43,844 bases of DNA, taken from assembly GCA_040326155.1 (NCBI GenBank), contig JBEQLE010000031.1:1-43844 (forward strand), in the 5' to 3' direction. The notes beneath the pieces were generated by a model that saw only the letters and a program-made list of their open reading frames with translations, searched no databases and was not told the origin of the DNA. The DNA comes from Leptospirales bacterium. GTDB lineage: Bacteria; Spirochaetota; Leptospiria; Turneriellales; JAOUFE01. A program made the position numbers and the translations under genes. This document shows, in pieces, positions 17,867 through 28,726 of this stretch. How positions within the stretch are numbered: position 1 is the first letter of the stretch; each line of letters begins with the position of its first letter.

Positions 17867-18430
17867 ATGAAGAATATAACTACGTATCGAAAATTAAAAA
17901 TACCAATTGATAATGTTTTAGAAATTCGGCTGCCTCCTTTGTCTTGGAATAAAATAAAATGGGTGGCAATCTGTACATTCAGATCCCATTCTTGGGTTGT
18001 CCGATACGCTGTTTTTCGGATGATTAAACGAAGCGGGCAGTTTAATCCAGATGACGAAAATGCTGGGTTGCGCTCTGCTAAAATTGCAAAGCTAAATGAC
18101 CTTGTGCGAGGCGAAAGGGCCAATAGTCAGAAGAAGCATAGACATCGACTTTGTCTGTACGGTAAGGATGAGCTATTTATTCGAATTGCCGCTGCCAAAA
18201 TGGGATGCACGATGAGTCATCTGGTTCGTTTGGCGCTGGCGATGTATCTGGATGATTTGGTTAAAAAGTTTCCCTCGATTGGCCGCTCTCGGGGCCGTAA
18301 TGGCAGGTTCAGTGGTCCGGCGTGGAAATGCCTGGGGATCAAGATTTACCGTGGTGTGAGATTCCACACCACGGGCATAAGACACCAACAGTTCGAGTTC
18401 ATCTACTACAAACCCGGCGATTACTGGTAA
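17867..18430 (+). CDS. DUF1564-like putative tandem RHH protein, copy 2 (187 aa)
   Basis: Near-colinear paralogue of 4762-5325 (YRKLKIPIDNVLEIRLP, SQKKHRHRLCLYG, YKP.DYW). Confidence 0.75.
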   Translation: MKNITTYRKLKIPIDNVLEIRLPPLSWNKIKWVAICTFRSHSWVVRYAVFRMIKRSGQFNPDDENAGLRSAKIAKLNDLVRGERANSQKKHRHRLCLYGKDELFIRIAAAKMGCTMSHLVRLALAMYLDDLVKKFPSIGRSRGRNGRFSGPAWKCLGIKIYRGVRFHTTGIRHQQFEFIYYKPGDYW

Positions 18431-18931
18431 TACCCGGGCCGTTCTGGAAAATTCCGGGCTATTTACCCACACCACAACGCCCAGACATATATACCTGCAC
18501 CCCCTCAAAATTCTTACACAACAATTGTATTCAATATGTCTGAAAACCTATACTCGTCAAAAGATATGAATTGGCAGGATATTTTATTGCTGGCTTTGTT
18601 GGCGCTGGGTTTATACATTATAACAGAAATTCAAAAAAAACATAATACATTTAGGCCACAAGAAAATCCTGCGGTTTTTTTATGCTGCTACATTCGATTC
18701 TCGTTTAAAGTTTATTTCGAAAAAAAACGTCGTTTTTTTCGATTGCTTCGTGGTATTTTTTTAGTCCACAAAAAAAATCTGTTGTTGCTCTTGTTTTAAG
18801 TGGAATACCACTTCCCTATGTAAGAAATCGGTATCAATGCCGCCGATGTCTTCATAAATACGATTGGCCCGAGCGTAGCTAGCTATTGGTGGTTTTTTCC
18901 CCACCAGGAATTCCCCAAATTTGCTTATGGT

Positions 18932-20812
18932 CTATTTTTTGTTTTCAACTTGAAAATAAGCGACTAAATCGAGCATGGTCTGGGCTAGTGCATTCAGTTC
19001 TTCGGAACTTGCAGCCATCTCTTCTGCGGCTGAAGCGTGTTGCGCGGTGACAGTATCGAGCTGATTCATCGAGACATTAATCTGGGAGACCCCTCTCGAT
19101 TGTTCATCCGACGCAGTAGAAATTCGATTGATCATTTCGGCAATCTGAACAATGTCGGGTACCATCTTGGCGATTAACTTCCCAGCTTTGTCCGAAATAT
19201 CAACGCTGTCTTGAGCCACCCGACTAATTTCCTGGGCGGCTACCTGGCTACGTTCTGCGAGTTTACGGACCTCGGAAGCAACAACCGCAAAACCTTTGCC
19301 CTGTTCACCCGCCCGTGCGGCTTCAATTGCGGCATTTAAGGCGAGAAGGTTTGTATTGTAAGCGATCTCTTCAATCATTACGATTTTTTCGGTTATGGTT
19401 TTCATGGCTTCGACAGTTTTTTGTACTGCGTCGCCCCCCTCTTTTGCCGAGCGAGAGGTGGTTGTCGAGACTTCATTTGTAGACTTGGCGCTGGCGGCGT
19501 TTCCTTCAATACTGGCAGAAATTTCTTCGAGAGAAGCCGTAGTTTCTTCCAGGTTCGCAGCTTCTTCACTGGCCCCCTGGCTGACCGTCTGAGCCGTCGT
19601 GTTTATTTGCGTGGCATTATTTAAAACGTCATTTGCCGTATGAATAACTTCTTGCATTATGCTTGAGAGTTTTGACACCATTGTAAATACGGCGAGATAA
19701 ATTCCCGTCTTCTCTTTTGAACTAACGTCAAATTTTACAGTCAGGTCTCCGGCGGCTACTTTTTCCACAAGCCCGGCGATTTCAGCCGGCTCTCCACCCA
19801 GTTTTTTTAACACATCGCGTATTAATGATAAACCAAATAAAATTGATATCAAGAAAAGACCGCCGATTAGTACAATTAAAATAATTAGTTGTGTCCAGGC
19901 GGTCGTGGTTTTAGACTTTCCGGTGTCCGAAAGTTGCTTCGAAAGATAATCTTCAACAGTTTTGAACAGGTTAATTTTTTTAGTCATCGTCTCAAACCAG
20001 TATCCGGCTTCCACCCCGAAATTGCCCTGGTTCAGTTTCGAGAGCGCGACTTGCTCCATACGAGCGACATCCCGGACCGCATCGGCGTCCATTGTCTTTT
20101 TATAAAAATTGCGTTGCTTTGTGTTAGTGTGTGAAAGGAAAATTCCAAAATATATGTTTTGTTCAGCTTTCAGTGTTATAAATTTTTCAACCATGCCGGG
20201 GCCAAAAGAGTTACGTGCAAATGTATTGTTTAAAACCGCCCTTTCAATACCCGATCTCTCTTTGCCGAGCAGAAAATTGATATACGCTGAGGCAACGCCG
20301 GTTATATCAGCATCTGAACTTAATTTTGTAACCTGGCCGGCAAGGTCCAGGAAGTTAGCGTTCATTTCCGTGTAGTACGAGATGGCTTCAGAAACAGGTA
20401 CTTCCAGGTTGGATATTTTTTTTCGCCAACTGTTTATATCTGCTAAATTTTCCAGTCCGTCTTTCAAAAGCTCTTCGAACTTTTTTCCGTAGGCTGTTTT
20501 ATCGAAACCCGCCAGAACTTCCTCAAGAACCCGAATTTTTTCGTTAGTTAACTTTCTTTGTTTTTCGAGTTTAGTCTCAAACGATGTACCATTGCTGCCA
20601 AGGTAGCCGGCAGTCAACCCTCGCTCTTTCTGCGTTTCATGTACAAGATTTCCGAGATTGACTGAAAGGTCCATTAAAGTATTAATTTTTACCACATCTC
20701 TTACAACTTTTATATTTTCAGTTGCTTTCAATGTAGCTAAAACGGCTAACCCCATTAAAGGTATTATTAATAGTAAAGTCAATTTATTGCTAAATTTTAT
20801 ATTTGCTAACAT
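18932..20812 (-). CDS. Methyl-accepting chemotaxis protein with NIT (nitrate/nitrite) sensor domain
   Basis: [16 protein letters not shown] and KERSGIERA (NIT); [36 protein letters not shown]. Confidence 0.93.
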   Translation of the reverse strand: MLANIKFSNKLTLLLIIPLMGLAVLATLKATENIKVVRDVVKINTLMDLSVNLGNLVHETQKERGLTAGYLGSNGTSFETKLEKQRKLTNEKIRVLEEVLAGFDKTAYGKKFEELLKDGLENLADINSWRKKISNLEVPVSEAISYYTEMNANFLDLAGQVTKLSSDADITGVASAYINFLLGKERSGIERAVLNNTFARNSFGPGMVEKFITLKAEQNIYFGIFLSHTNTKQRNFYKKTMDADAVRDVARMEQVALSKLNQGNFGVEAGYWFETMTKKINLFKTVEDYLSKQLSDTGKSKTTTAWTQLIILIVLIGGLFLISILFGLSLIRDVLKKLGGEPAEIAGLVEKVAAGDLTVKFDVSSKEKTGIYLAVFTMVSKLSSIMQEVIHTANDVLNNATQINTTAQTVSQGASEEAANLEETTASLEEISASIEGNAASAKSTNEVSTTTSRSAKEGGDAVQKTVEAMKTITEKIVMIEEIAYNTNLLALNAAIEAARAGEQGKGFAVVASEVRKLAERSQVAAQEISRVAQDSVDISDKAGKLIAKMVPDIVQIAEMINRISTASDEQSRGVSQINVSMNQLDTVTAQHASAAEEMAASSEELNALAQTMLDLVAYFQVENKK

Positions 20813-20915
20813 ACGTGTATATTATTATCGGCATGGCCCTGCCGTTTAAATGGATTTTTCGTATAAAGAAAATTTGAAATGATAAAAATTCGTTGAAATT
20901 CCATAGATTAAGCCC

Positions 20916-21434
20916 TTATTGAAATCCATTTTCTTCAAATTCAACGAAAGGATTAGAATCTTTACAATCAATTTCAGAAAAATACCCGGGTTCCCAAAGG
21001 TAGCACTTGTCGTTTATTTCGGACACGAAAGAATGTCTAAAACCATGCCCCGGGCCATCGATATCGAGGTGATAAGAGGCAATAAGTTTAAAACCAAAAA
21101 CTTCTTTGAGCTTTGCACGGGAATAAGATTCAGGATTACGAATAAAAAATAACCAGTAACACGATGCCTCAAACCATTGGTTTGATGGTCCCAAACTGCA
21201 TTCACGAAAAAACAGTTCTCGAACGTATTCTACTTGTTTTTGCTGTTTCTTACTTTTCTGAATTTTATTCCATAGTTTTTTATAAATTGCATTTGCTTGC
21301 TTATAGCAGGAATTTTTATAGGAATTGGTTTGGCATTGTTTTTGGCTATTATTTTGAATTGCATTGGTAGAATTGCAGCTCGTGAAAAGAAGCAAATAAA
21401 ATATAATGAATAGTTTTGACGTGGTTACTGTCAC
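20916..21434 (-). CDS. Hypothetical Cys-rich lipoprotein
   Basis: Lipobox YLLLFTS-C; GTGA overlap with the cbiA stop codon. Confidence 0.6.
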   Translation of the reverse strand: MTVTTSKLFIIFYLLLFTSCNSTNAIQNNSQKQCQTNSYKNSCYKQANAIYKKLWNKIQKSKKQQKQVEYVRELFFRECSLGPSNQWFEASCYWLFFIRNPESYSRAKLKEVFGFKLIASYHLDIDGPGHGFRHSFVSEINDKCYLWEPGYFSEIDCKDSNPFVEFEENGFQ

Positions 21435-22867
21435 TTTTTAGATTCCTTAAACTTTATACAAAGCTCTTTCCAGTTTTGCAGGATTTTCGGATGAGAGGGA
21501 AAGTAAAAATGCATATAACCGCCCATAAGGTTTTTATACAAAGTACCTGCATCGGAGGTTCCGATTCTACCGCTCAGGCGGTACGCCTCAGGCAGTTTAT
21601 TTTCAGGCGATACTTCATAGCACGAATAATGAAATTCATGACCGCGCGCCATTTCATTCTCGGGAAGAAAATTGTTTTGGTTTAAACCCAGGGCTTCGCG
21701 GTAGCCAAGCGCCGCTCGTTTTTTTTGCATTAAGATCTTTCCCGGCAAGACGCCGACCATCGGAAATTTTTCGCCTGCGGCATTTATAATTTCTTGTGTT
21801 AAATACATGAATCCACCACACTCGACTATTGTGGGAACCCCTTGCTCTATAAGTTTACGCACAGCCTTTGCAACTTCTTTCTGACGAGAAAGTTGCCCGG
21901 CAAACTCTTCGGGAAACCCTCCGCCTAAATACAGCCCGGCCACACCTTCGGGTGGTTTTTCCCCTTTTAGCGGTGAAAAAAATTGCGGTTCTAATCCGGC
22001 CAGTTTCATCAACTCCAGATTTTCAGGATAGTAAAACTGGAACGCTTCATCTCTGGCTACGCCAATTGTAACTCGACGCTTAGAAAAAGATGAATTCACG
22101 GATTTGAATTTTACCAGGTTTTCAAAAACGCCGACTTCATGTTCTATCGGTTGGCTGGCCTGGGCAATTTTAACTATTTTATCGAGGTCTATTGTTTCTT
22201 CTGCTTTTTTTGCCAGCAGTGAAAAAAGTTCATCATGGTCTCCTCTTTCGATCGCCGGTAAAAGACCGAGGTGGCGCTCAGGTATAGAAAGCGTTTCGTC
22301 TCTAAGTAGATATCCCAGCACGGGAATTTTACACTCTTTTTCTACAGCGTCGCGTATTATTTTAAAATGGCCAACGCTGCCAACTTTATTGGCAATGACT
22401 CCCGCAATTTGAACGCCGGGCGCAAATTCCATAAAACCTTTTACAATTGCCGCAGCGCTCCTGGCCCGGCTTTGGCAGTTTAGCGCTAAAATAATGGGAG
22501 ACGAAAGTATCTGAGCAATTTCTGCGGCGCTTCCTTCGTTACTCAGAGAATCACGTCCGTCGAAAAGTCCCATCGCCCCTTCGATAATGCTGATGTCCGA
22601 ACCGGATGAGCCCCGTGTGAAAATATCTTTTAAAAGTTTTGCAACTATAAACCAACTGTCGAGATTTCGCGAAACCCGGCCTGTAACAGCGCTGTGGTAA
22701 CCGGGGTCAATATAGTCTGGACCGCATTTAAAACCCTGAACGGTTTTACCGCGTCGTTTTAACGCCGCCATTAAACCCAGGGTAAGAGTGGTTTTTCCGT
22801 CGCCACTGCCTGTTGAAGCAATTAATATTCTCGGACTGTTTTTCGATATAATGTTTGCATTATCCAT
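21431..22867 (-). CDS. cbiA: Cobyrinate a,c-diamide synthase
   Basis: SGDGKTT, FKCGPDYIDP, PERHLGL, AFQFYY, ECGGFMYL, GHEFHYS. Confidence 0.96.
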   Translation of the reverse strand: MDNANIISKNSPRILIASTGSGDGKTTLTLGLMAALKRRGKTVQGFKCGPDYIDPGYHSAVTGRVSRNLDSWFIVAKLLKDIFTRGSSGSDISIIEGAMGLFDGRDSLSNEGSAAEIAQILSSPIILALNCQSRARSAAAIVKGFMEFAPGVQIAGVIANKVGSVGHFKIIRDAVEKECKIPVLGYLLRDETLSIPERHLGLLPAIERGDHDELFSLLAKKAEETIDLDKIVKIAQASQPIEHEVGVFENLVKFKSVNSSFSKRRVTIGVARDEAFQFYYPENLELMKLAGLEPQFFSPLKGEKPPEGVAGLYLGGGFPEEFAGQLSRQKEVAKAVRKLIEQGVPTIVECGGFMYLTQEIINAAGEKFPMVGVLPGKILMQKKRAALGYREALGLNQNNFLPENEMARGHEFHYSCYEVSPENKLPEAYRLSGRIGTSDAGTLYKNLMGGYMHFYFPSHPKILQNWKELCIKFKESKK

Positions 22868-22904
22868 ATAGTTTAGCTCATAGAAACGGTTTATGAATTC
22901 GTTT

Positions 22905-24050
22905 TCATTCTTTGTGAAGAAAACCAGCGCGAGCCAGAATCCCCACTGAAATGGTTACATTTCCCGATTTCTTTTTTACCAACTCAAGGTTGGAATTTTC
23001 ACTGTAAAGTTTTGCGGCGGGTTCGCTGACGCCATAAGCTCCAGTGTATTTGAAGACGGTTTCAGAAGGTGATTCTATTTCAATTTTATTTAACTCTTCA
23101 GCCGAATATACATGAAAAGGCCATTCATATCTTTCGCAAAGCGAGAGCAGTCCTTTTTCGTCTTTTTTTAAATCGATAGAGCAAACAACCGCAACGCTGG
23201 TTAGGGAAAATTTCATTTCAAGTAGTGTTTCGGAAACAACCGATTCAAGCTCTTCCATCGATGTATTTCGATTGCAACCGATTCCCAGTACAATAGATTT
23301 CGGACGTATAACGACTGTAGTTTCCAAAGTTCCCAATTCTTTTTCTGATAACAGACGATGCGTAATAATAATAGAAGCTTTGAAACTTCCAGGCTCAGCG
23401 ATCTCGGCTAAAGAGTTAAATTGATGTATATTTGAGGGCAGGGGGCTTTCGTGTTCCCACCAGTTTGTTTCGCCCGACTCTTGTATTAAAGCCACCGGTT
23501 CTTCATTCACAATAGCTGCGCTTGTCGCTAGTAGAGGCGCATCTGTCTCGCTCACCCATCCAAAACGACGTCCTAAAATGTCCACCGGTAAAGTCTTGCC
23601 GACATCCGAAGCCGTGGTAATGACCGCTTCGCCTCCGATTATTTTCGCCAGATTTCGCGAGAGCTCGTTTGCTCCTCCAATATGTCCTGACAAAGCGCTA
23701 ATGACATATTTTCCCGCTTCGTCGATGACAACCACCGCCGGGTCAGTTTTTTTATCTTTTAAAAGTGGGGCGACTAAACGAATAATGGCGCCAAGCGATA
23801 CGATGGCAATTATACCTTCATATTTATGAAACGCTTTTTCGAGCAATACGCGAACATTGCCTTTATATAAATATATATTTTTTTCTTTTTCATCCCCATA
23901 TGTAAATTTGTCGGGGTAGAACAGATCGCTTTCGGTAAATTGCTCTTTTATTTTTCGAGCCAGGGTTACGCCGTGTTTTGTAATGGCGACCAGCAAAAAT
24001 GGTTTTGTCGCATTTAACTCCGGTGTTGTTTCCAGTGTTAAATCTATCAT
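22905..24050 (-). CDS. cbiG: Cobalt-precorrin-5A hydrolase
   Basis: DKKTDPAVVV, LSGHIGGAN, VITTASD, LGIGCNR, GVSEPAA. Confidence 0.95.
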   Translation of the reverse strand: MIDLTLETTPELNATKPFLLVAITKHGVTLARKIKEQFTESDLFYPDKFTYGDEKEKNIYLYKGNVRVLLEKAFHKYEGIIAIVSLGAIIRLVAPLLKDKKTDPAVVVIDEAGKYVISALSGHIGGANELSRNLAKIIGGEAVITTASDVGKTLPVDILGRRFGWVSETDAPLLATSAAIVNEEPVALIQESGETNWWEHESPLPSNIHQFNSLAEIAEPGSFKASIIITHRLLSEKELGTLETTVVIRPKSIVLGIGCNRNTSMEELESVVSETLLEMKFSLTSVAVVCSIDLKKDEKGLLSLCERYEWPFHVYSAEELNKIEIESPSETVFKYTGAYGVSEPAAKLYSENSNLELVKKKSGNVTISVGILARAGFLHKE

Positions 24051-24820
24051 TTAACTCCTTTACGAAAACCATGTGTAAACCCTTTGTCATACAGTTTAGA
24101 AACGCGTTTATGATTTATTCTCGATGGATCAAGGGCGTTGCCTGCCAGTATCATTGCCGTCGATTTTATATTGTTTTCGCGCATAGCCTCGGGAAGGTTT
24201 CCCACCGTTGTTCGAACGATCAGTTGATCGGGGTGGGACGCTTTTTGAACAATGGCTATCGGGGTGTCTTTATCCCATCCGGCGTCAAGAAGTTCTTGCG
24301 ATACTTTTTCGGCTAAAGTTGCGCTTAAGAAAATAGCCAGCGTTGCATGGTGGCTCGCCAACGAACTTAGTTTTTCTCGTTCGGGAACGGGGGTTCTACC
24401 ATCGGCCCTTGTCAGTATAACCGTCTGCGTTAATTCGGGAATTGTTAATTCAGCCCCTAAAGCCGCCGCCGCTGCAAACACAGAACTTACACCGGGAACA
24501 ACTTCGCACTGTATTCCCTCTTTTTGTAACAATTCTATTTGTTCGTAAATGGCACCATACACAGACGGGTCTCCCGTATGAAGCCGAACCACTTTTTTTC
24601 CTTCTTGGGAACCTTTTGCCATAAGTTCAACCAACTCTTCTAATACCATTCCAGAGCTTTTTACAATGGTGGCATCTTTATTCGCTTTTTTCGTCAACTC
24701 CTCACTGACCAACGAGTCGGTATAAATAATAATATCAGCCTGCTCTAAAAGTTTTAAACCTTTCACGGTTATTAAATCGGGGTCCCCGGGACCCGCTCCT
24801 ACAAAATAAATCTTATTCAT
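24047..24820 (-). CDS. cbiF: Cobalt-precorrin-4 C11-methyltransferase (CbiF/CobM)
   Basis: FVGAGPGDPDLITVKG, RLHTGDPSVYGA, ELTIPELTQTVILTR, SKLYD..FTHGFR. Confidence 0.96.
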   Translation of the reverse strand: MNKIYFVGAGPGDPDLITVKGLKLLEQADIIIYTDSLVSEELTKKANKDATIVKSSGMVLEELVELMAKGSQEGKKVVRLHTGDPSVYGAIYEQIELLQKEGIQCEVVPGVSSVFAAAAALGAELTIPELTQTVILTRADGRTPVPEREKLSSLASHHATLAIFLSATLAEKVSQELLDAGWDKDTPIAIVQKASHPDQLIVRTTVGNLPEAMRENNIKSTAMILAGNALDPSRINHKRVSKLYDKGFTHGFRKGVK

Positions 24821-25553
24821 AATTTTCTTCTTCTTTTGTTTTTACAATCATCAAAGAGAGATAATTTATCTCTTTGCCTTTTAGTTCTTTAACATCTCTA
24901 TAAATTTGTTCATCCGGCGCCGTGGCGCGACTGACAACATGAGCACTCTTTACCAGCTCTAACTCTTCTAAAAGAGTGATCATCGGTTGCAATACTTTTG
25001 CCACTTTCAAAAAAACAACAGTGTCATTTTCCTGCAACTGTTTTTTCATTTGTTCCATATTATCGGTAGCCGGAATTACAGCAAATTTTTCATCCCCATC
25101 AGACATTGGCAACACAAGCGAAGCGGCTGCTCCATACACAGAAGAGACTCCCGGTATTACCACAGTTTCCAGCGCGGGATATTTTTGCCGCAAGACTCGC
25201 ATTAAGTGAATAAACGTGCTGTAAAACAAGGCGTCACCTTCGCTGACAAAAGCGACATCGTCGCCTGCTAGAAGAAACTGTGCCACTTCTTCCACAGCTT
25301 TTTCCCAGTGAGTTTTTAACAACGTTTTATCTTTGGTCATGGGAAAAGAGAGAGGCAGTAAAGTTTTTTTATCTGAGTCAATTAACGATTTAATTATAGT
25401 ATAAGCATAACCGTCGCTGCCTTTTTTTCCCTGGGGGTAGGCAATTACCGGTGTTTCTTGCAAAACCCTGTAGGCTTTAATCGTCAATAGTTCCGGGTCG
25501 CCCGGTCCCGCTCCAATGCCATAAAGACGGCCCGGTTTAATTGTTTTATTCAT
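24813..25553 (-). CDS. cbiL: Precorrin-2/cobalt-factor II C20-methyltransferase (CbiL/CobI)
   Basis: GIGAGPGDPELLTIKA, FPMTKD, EGDALFYSTF, YLSL. Confidence 0.95.
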   Translation of the reverse strand: MNKTIKPGRLYGIGAGPGDPELLTIKAYRVLQETPVIAYPQGKKGSDGYAYTIIKSLIDSDKKTLLPLSFPMTKDKTLLKTHWEKAVEEVAQFLLAGDDVAFVSEGDALFYSTFIHLMRVLRQKYPALETVVIPGVSSVYGAAASLVLPMSDGDEKFAVIPATDNMEQMKKQLQENDTVVFLKVAKVLQPMITLLEELELVKSAHVVSRATAPDEQIYRDVKELKGKEINYLSLMIVKTKEEENYE

Positions 25554-25607
25554 ATACTTCCTTTTGCGTTTGCATTAAATTTAATGTTCATAATACTTCA
25601 TCCATTA

Positions 25608-26882
25608 CTATCTTTGTTTTAAAGCGCTTATAATATACACAGGGTTTAAAGCTTCGAAACGCGTCATATCCAAAATGGGTTTACTACGAGAGATTTGAGC
25701 TAAAGTAATATCTACCTTAAAACCTGTATTTATTAAAATATCATTTGCTGCCTGTAATGTTTCTAACGTTGCCGCATTCACAACAATAACTCCGCCCTCT
25801 TTTAGCCGGCTTATGGCAATTTTTAAAACAGACGGCAGTTCGCCACCAGAACCTCCGATAAAAACAGCGTCGGGGTCGGCAAAATTTTCGAGTCCATCCG
25901 GGGCTTTGCCATGAACCAGTGTAATGTCTGTGCGAAATTTAACCATGTTTTTTTTGAAATTTTCAATTTCATGATCGTTTTTTTCAATAGAAAATACTTC
26001 CCCCTGCCATGCTATTCGCGCCGCTTCTATCGAGAGAGAACCGGTGCAGGCACCAATGTCCCACACTACACTTTTCGAATGAAGCTTTAAAGCTGAAAGT
26101 GTTAGTACTCTTATCTCTTTTTTTGTTATTAACCCGCGTCCGTTTTCTCGAGCTTCGAACTCTTCTTCGTCAATTCCCAGTCCACCATATGTATAAGATG
26201 TAGAAGAAGATTTTTGCGTTGAGCTGTCCGATGCGGCTTTCAACAGCAGTATATTTAAATTAGAAAAGTTTTCGGGTGGGGTATTCGCAAGTTCCTGAAT
26301 GGTAAACCAGTTTGTTTTTTCCTTTGTAGTTCCCAGATCTTCACCGACAAAAATTTTGTATTCTTGCATTTTAAACGACAACAAGTATTTGGCGATGGCG
26401 ACCGGGGTGTTTATTAAATCGGTAAGTATAGCCACTTCAGAACGCCCGTTAATTTTTTGTGCCAGCCCTGCAATCGGTTTTCCGTGCAGAGATATAGGGT
26501 AAGAATTTTGCCAGCTTAGTTGAGCGCGCGCCGCTGCAAGTTGAAGCGAAGTTAGAGAAGGAAATATTTCAACATCTGTTTTTTTGGCAAGGTAAGATCC
26601 CACACCATAAAAAAGAGGATCACCCGAAGCCAGAACTGTAACGCTTTTTCCTTCTTTGCTGAATTGTATAAGCTGGTCGGCCATTTTGGACAAATGAGTT
26701 TTAATAACTATTTTTTCGCCGGAAAACTCTGGAAACAGCCCGAGTAATCTTTCACCTCCGGCTAAAACATCTGCCTCACTAATTAATTTGTGATAGGCAG
26801 GTGGTAGAATCAAGTTTTCACCCGAACCGGAAATGCCGATAATTTTTAAAGTGTTTGTATTTTTTGTTATTGTGTTTTTCAT
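25608..26882 (-). CDS. cbiET: Bifunctional precorrin-6Y C5,15-methyltransferase (CbiET/CobL)
   Basis: LASGDPLFYGVG, SLHG, ITKKEIR, WDIGACTGSLSIE, VFIGGSGG. Confidence 0.95.
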   Translation of the reverse strand: MKNTITKNTNTLKIIGISGSGENLILPPAYHKLISEADVLAGGERLLGLFPEFSGEKIVIKTHLSKMADQLIQFSKEGKSVTVLASGDPLFYGVGSYLAKKTDVEIFPSLTSLQLAAARAQLSWQNSYPISLHGKPIAGLAQKINGRSEVAILTDLINTPVAIAKYLLSFKMQEYKIFVGEDLGTTKEKTNWFTIQELANTPPENFSNLNILLLKAASDSSTQKSSSTSYTYGGLGIDEEEFEARENGRGLITKKEIRVLTLSALKLHSKSVVWDIGACTGSLSIEAARIAWQGEVFSIEKNDHEIENFKKNMVKFRTDITLVHGKAPDGLENFADPDAVFIGGSGGELPSVLKIAISRLKEGGVIVVNAATLETLQAANDILINTGFKVDITLAQISRSKPILDMTRFEALNPVYIISALKQR

Positions 26883-26907
26883 ATTGTTTTACACTTATAA
26901 TATTAAT

Positions 26908-28014
26908 TTAAGCCGGAAGTTTTTGCTTGAATTGCGAAAGCAGTTCTCCTTCTGAATTTATTAAACAGGTTTCCATTTCTATTTTTTTGTCTGCGGCATT
27001 ATAGACAACTTCGTTTGCACGAGAAACCAGGTTGTCAAAAAATTGAGTATTGCCTATTTCACTCATCCATTGAGAGACAAGCGCGGCTGTTGTCGCTGTT
27101 TTTATTTTTTCGCACAGTTCCGGTTTTGCTTTTGCCTCCCTGGCAATATCAGACAAAAATTGAAAATTCACCGCAGACTTTTTGGAGTGTACCATTAACA
27201 CTCCTCCGGCTACTTTCGAAAGTTTTCCGATCATAGAGACAAACGTTACTTTTTTTATACCGAAGCGTCGACACTGTCGAACGGCAAAACCGATAAATTC
27301 TCCGGCTTCAATAAAAGCAAGCAGGGGCAGAGCCGGGTATAATTTTTTACCAAAGATTTCACTGCGGGCGCCGGTTGATAAAATGACATGGCTTACGCCG
27401 TTTTTTGCGGCGGCTCTTGCGGCGACAACCAAACTGTGTCTATAGGCCGAAGTCGAAAAAGGGATGACAATTCCCCGGGTTCCTAAAATCGAGATGCCAC
27501 CGATAATACCCAGCCTGGGGTTCATTGTCTGTTCGGCGATTTTTTCACCGCCTGCGACGGAAATTGTTATGCGAACTCCGCGTTGTATGCCATGTACGCG
27601 CAAAGCTTCTTCCACTTCTTTGTGTATCATTTTTCGCGGAACGGGGTTAATTGCCGCTTCTCCCACGGCAACCGGTAAACCTGGTAGTGTCACTTTGCCC
27701 ACACCCTCTCCGCCTTCGATGGTAATGCCGCCAGAGGTTTCTGTCCATTGAACAATCGATGTAATTTTCGCTCCATGGGTAACATCGGGGTCGTCTCCTC
27801 CGTCTTTTATTACCGAGGCTGTAACTTTATTTGTATCATTATTCGATTCAACAATTTGAAACGTCACGCTCTCACCAACCGGCAAAAGAATGGTCGACGT
27901 ATCGACTTTTTTTCCCGTAAGAAGAGATTCCATTGCAGCGCGGGTGGCCGCAGCCGCACAGGCACCTGTTGTGTATCCCGTTCTTAATTTTGTTTTGGGT
28001 TTCTCTTCTTTCAC
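26908..28014 (-). CDS. cbiD: Cobalt-precorrin-5B C1-methyltransferase
   Basis: LRTGYTTGACAAAA, KDGGDDPDVTHG, NPRLGIIGGISILGTRG. Confidence 0.97.
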   Translation of the reverse strand: MKEEKPKTKLRTGYTTGACAAAATRAAMESLLTGKKVDTSTILLPVGESVTFQIVESNNDTNKVTASVIKDGGDDPDVTHGAKITSIVQWTETSGGITIEGGEGVGKVTLPGLPVAVGEAAINPVPRKMIHKEVEEALRVHGIQRGVRITISVAGGEKIAEQTMNPRLGIIGGISILGTRGIVIPFSTSAYRHSLVVAARAAAKNGVSHVILSTGARSEIFGKKLYPALPLLAFIEAGEFIGFAVRQCRRFGIKKVTFVSMIGKLSKVAGGVLMVHSKKSAVNFQFLSDIAREAKAKPELCEKIKTATTAALVSQWMSEIGNTQFFDNLVSRANEVVYNAADKKIEMETCLINSEGELLSQFKQKLPA

Positions 28015-28664
28015 GTCACTTTTAGATTCTGGGCAAGCAGGGTCAAAGCGTTGAGCGCCGCAACGGCAGCGGGGGTTCCGCCTTTTCTACCACGGTTTGT
28101 AATAAAAGGAATTTCCAAGGAGGCAAGTATCTCTTTCGATTCGGCGGCAGAAACAAAGCCGACCGGCACTCCAATAATAAGACCGGGGCGGGCATTCTCT
28201 TCGCGAACCAGGCGCATTAATTCCAAAAGAGCAGTAGGGGCATTGCCGATGACAAACACGGCTCCGTCATTTTCTTTCACGGCTTTTTGCATAGAGATTA
28301 TAGCCCTGGTTGTATTTTGTTTTTTGGCTTCGGCCATTACATCTTCGTCCGAAATGTAGACGCGAACCTCGCCACCATATTTATGAATACGGGGTTTGCT
28401 GATGCCCGCTTGCACCATGGCAACATCGGCTACAACGTTTTTTCCACTGCGTATGGCTTTAATACCAGACTCAATGGCGCCAGGGTAAAACAGCATGCTT
28501 TTTCCTAAATCGAAATCTGCTGTAGCGTGAATGACGCGCCGGGCAATGGGGTATTCCAACTCACTAAATTCATGAGCTCCGATCTCGTCGTCGATCATTT
28601 TAAAACTTTCTGTTTCAATCTCTTGCGGCTGAAGGGTGATGGGTACAAATTCGTCTGGTTTCAT
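28011..28664 (-). CDS. cbiC: Precorrin-8X methylmutase (CbiC/CobH)
   Basis: RVIHATAD, IGNAPTAL, GVPVGFV..AESK, GRKGG. Confidence 0.96.
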   Translation of the reverse strand: MKPDEFVPITLQPQEIETESFKMIDDEIGAHEFSELEYPIARRVIHATADFDLGKSMLFYPGAIESGIKAIRSGKNVVADVAMVQAGISKPRIHKYGGEVRVYISDEDVMAEAKKQNTTRAIISMQKAVKENDGAVFVIGNAPTALLELMRLVREENARPGLIIGVPVGFVSAAESKEILASLEIPFITNRGRKGGTPAAVAALNALTLLAQNLKVT

Positions 28665-28726
28665 AATTACCTCTTGTTTCCTGTTTGTTTCTTCTTTTAT
28701 TTATTTGCTATCTATTTTTTATCTAT

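Noticed and set aside
18536..18799. 87-aa ORF with a hydrophobic N-terminus (MNWQDILLLALLALG)
   Set aside because: The 3' half reads through the AAAATCCTGCGG motif block and A/T runs. It may be a remnant, but I cannot support it.
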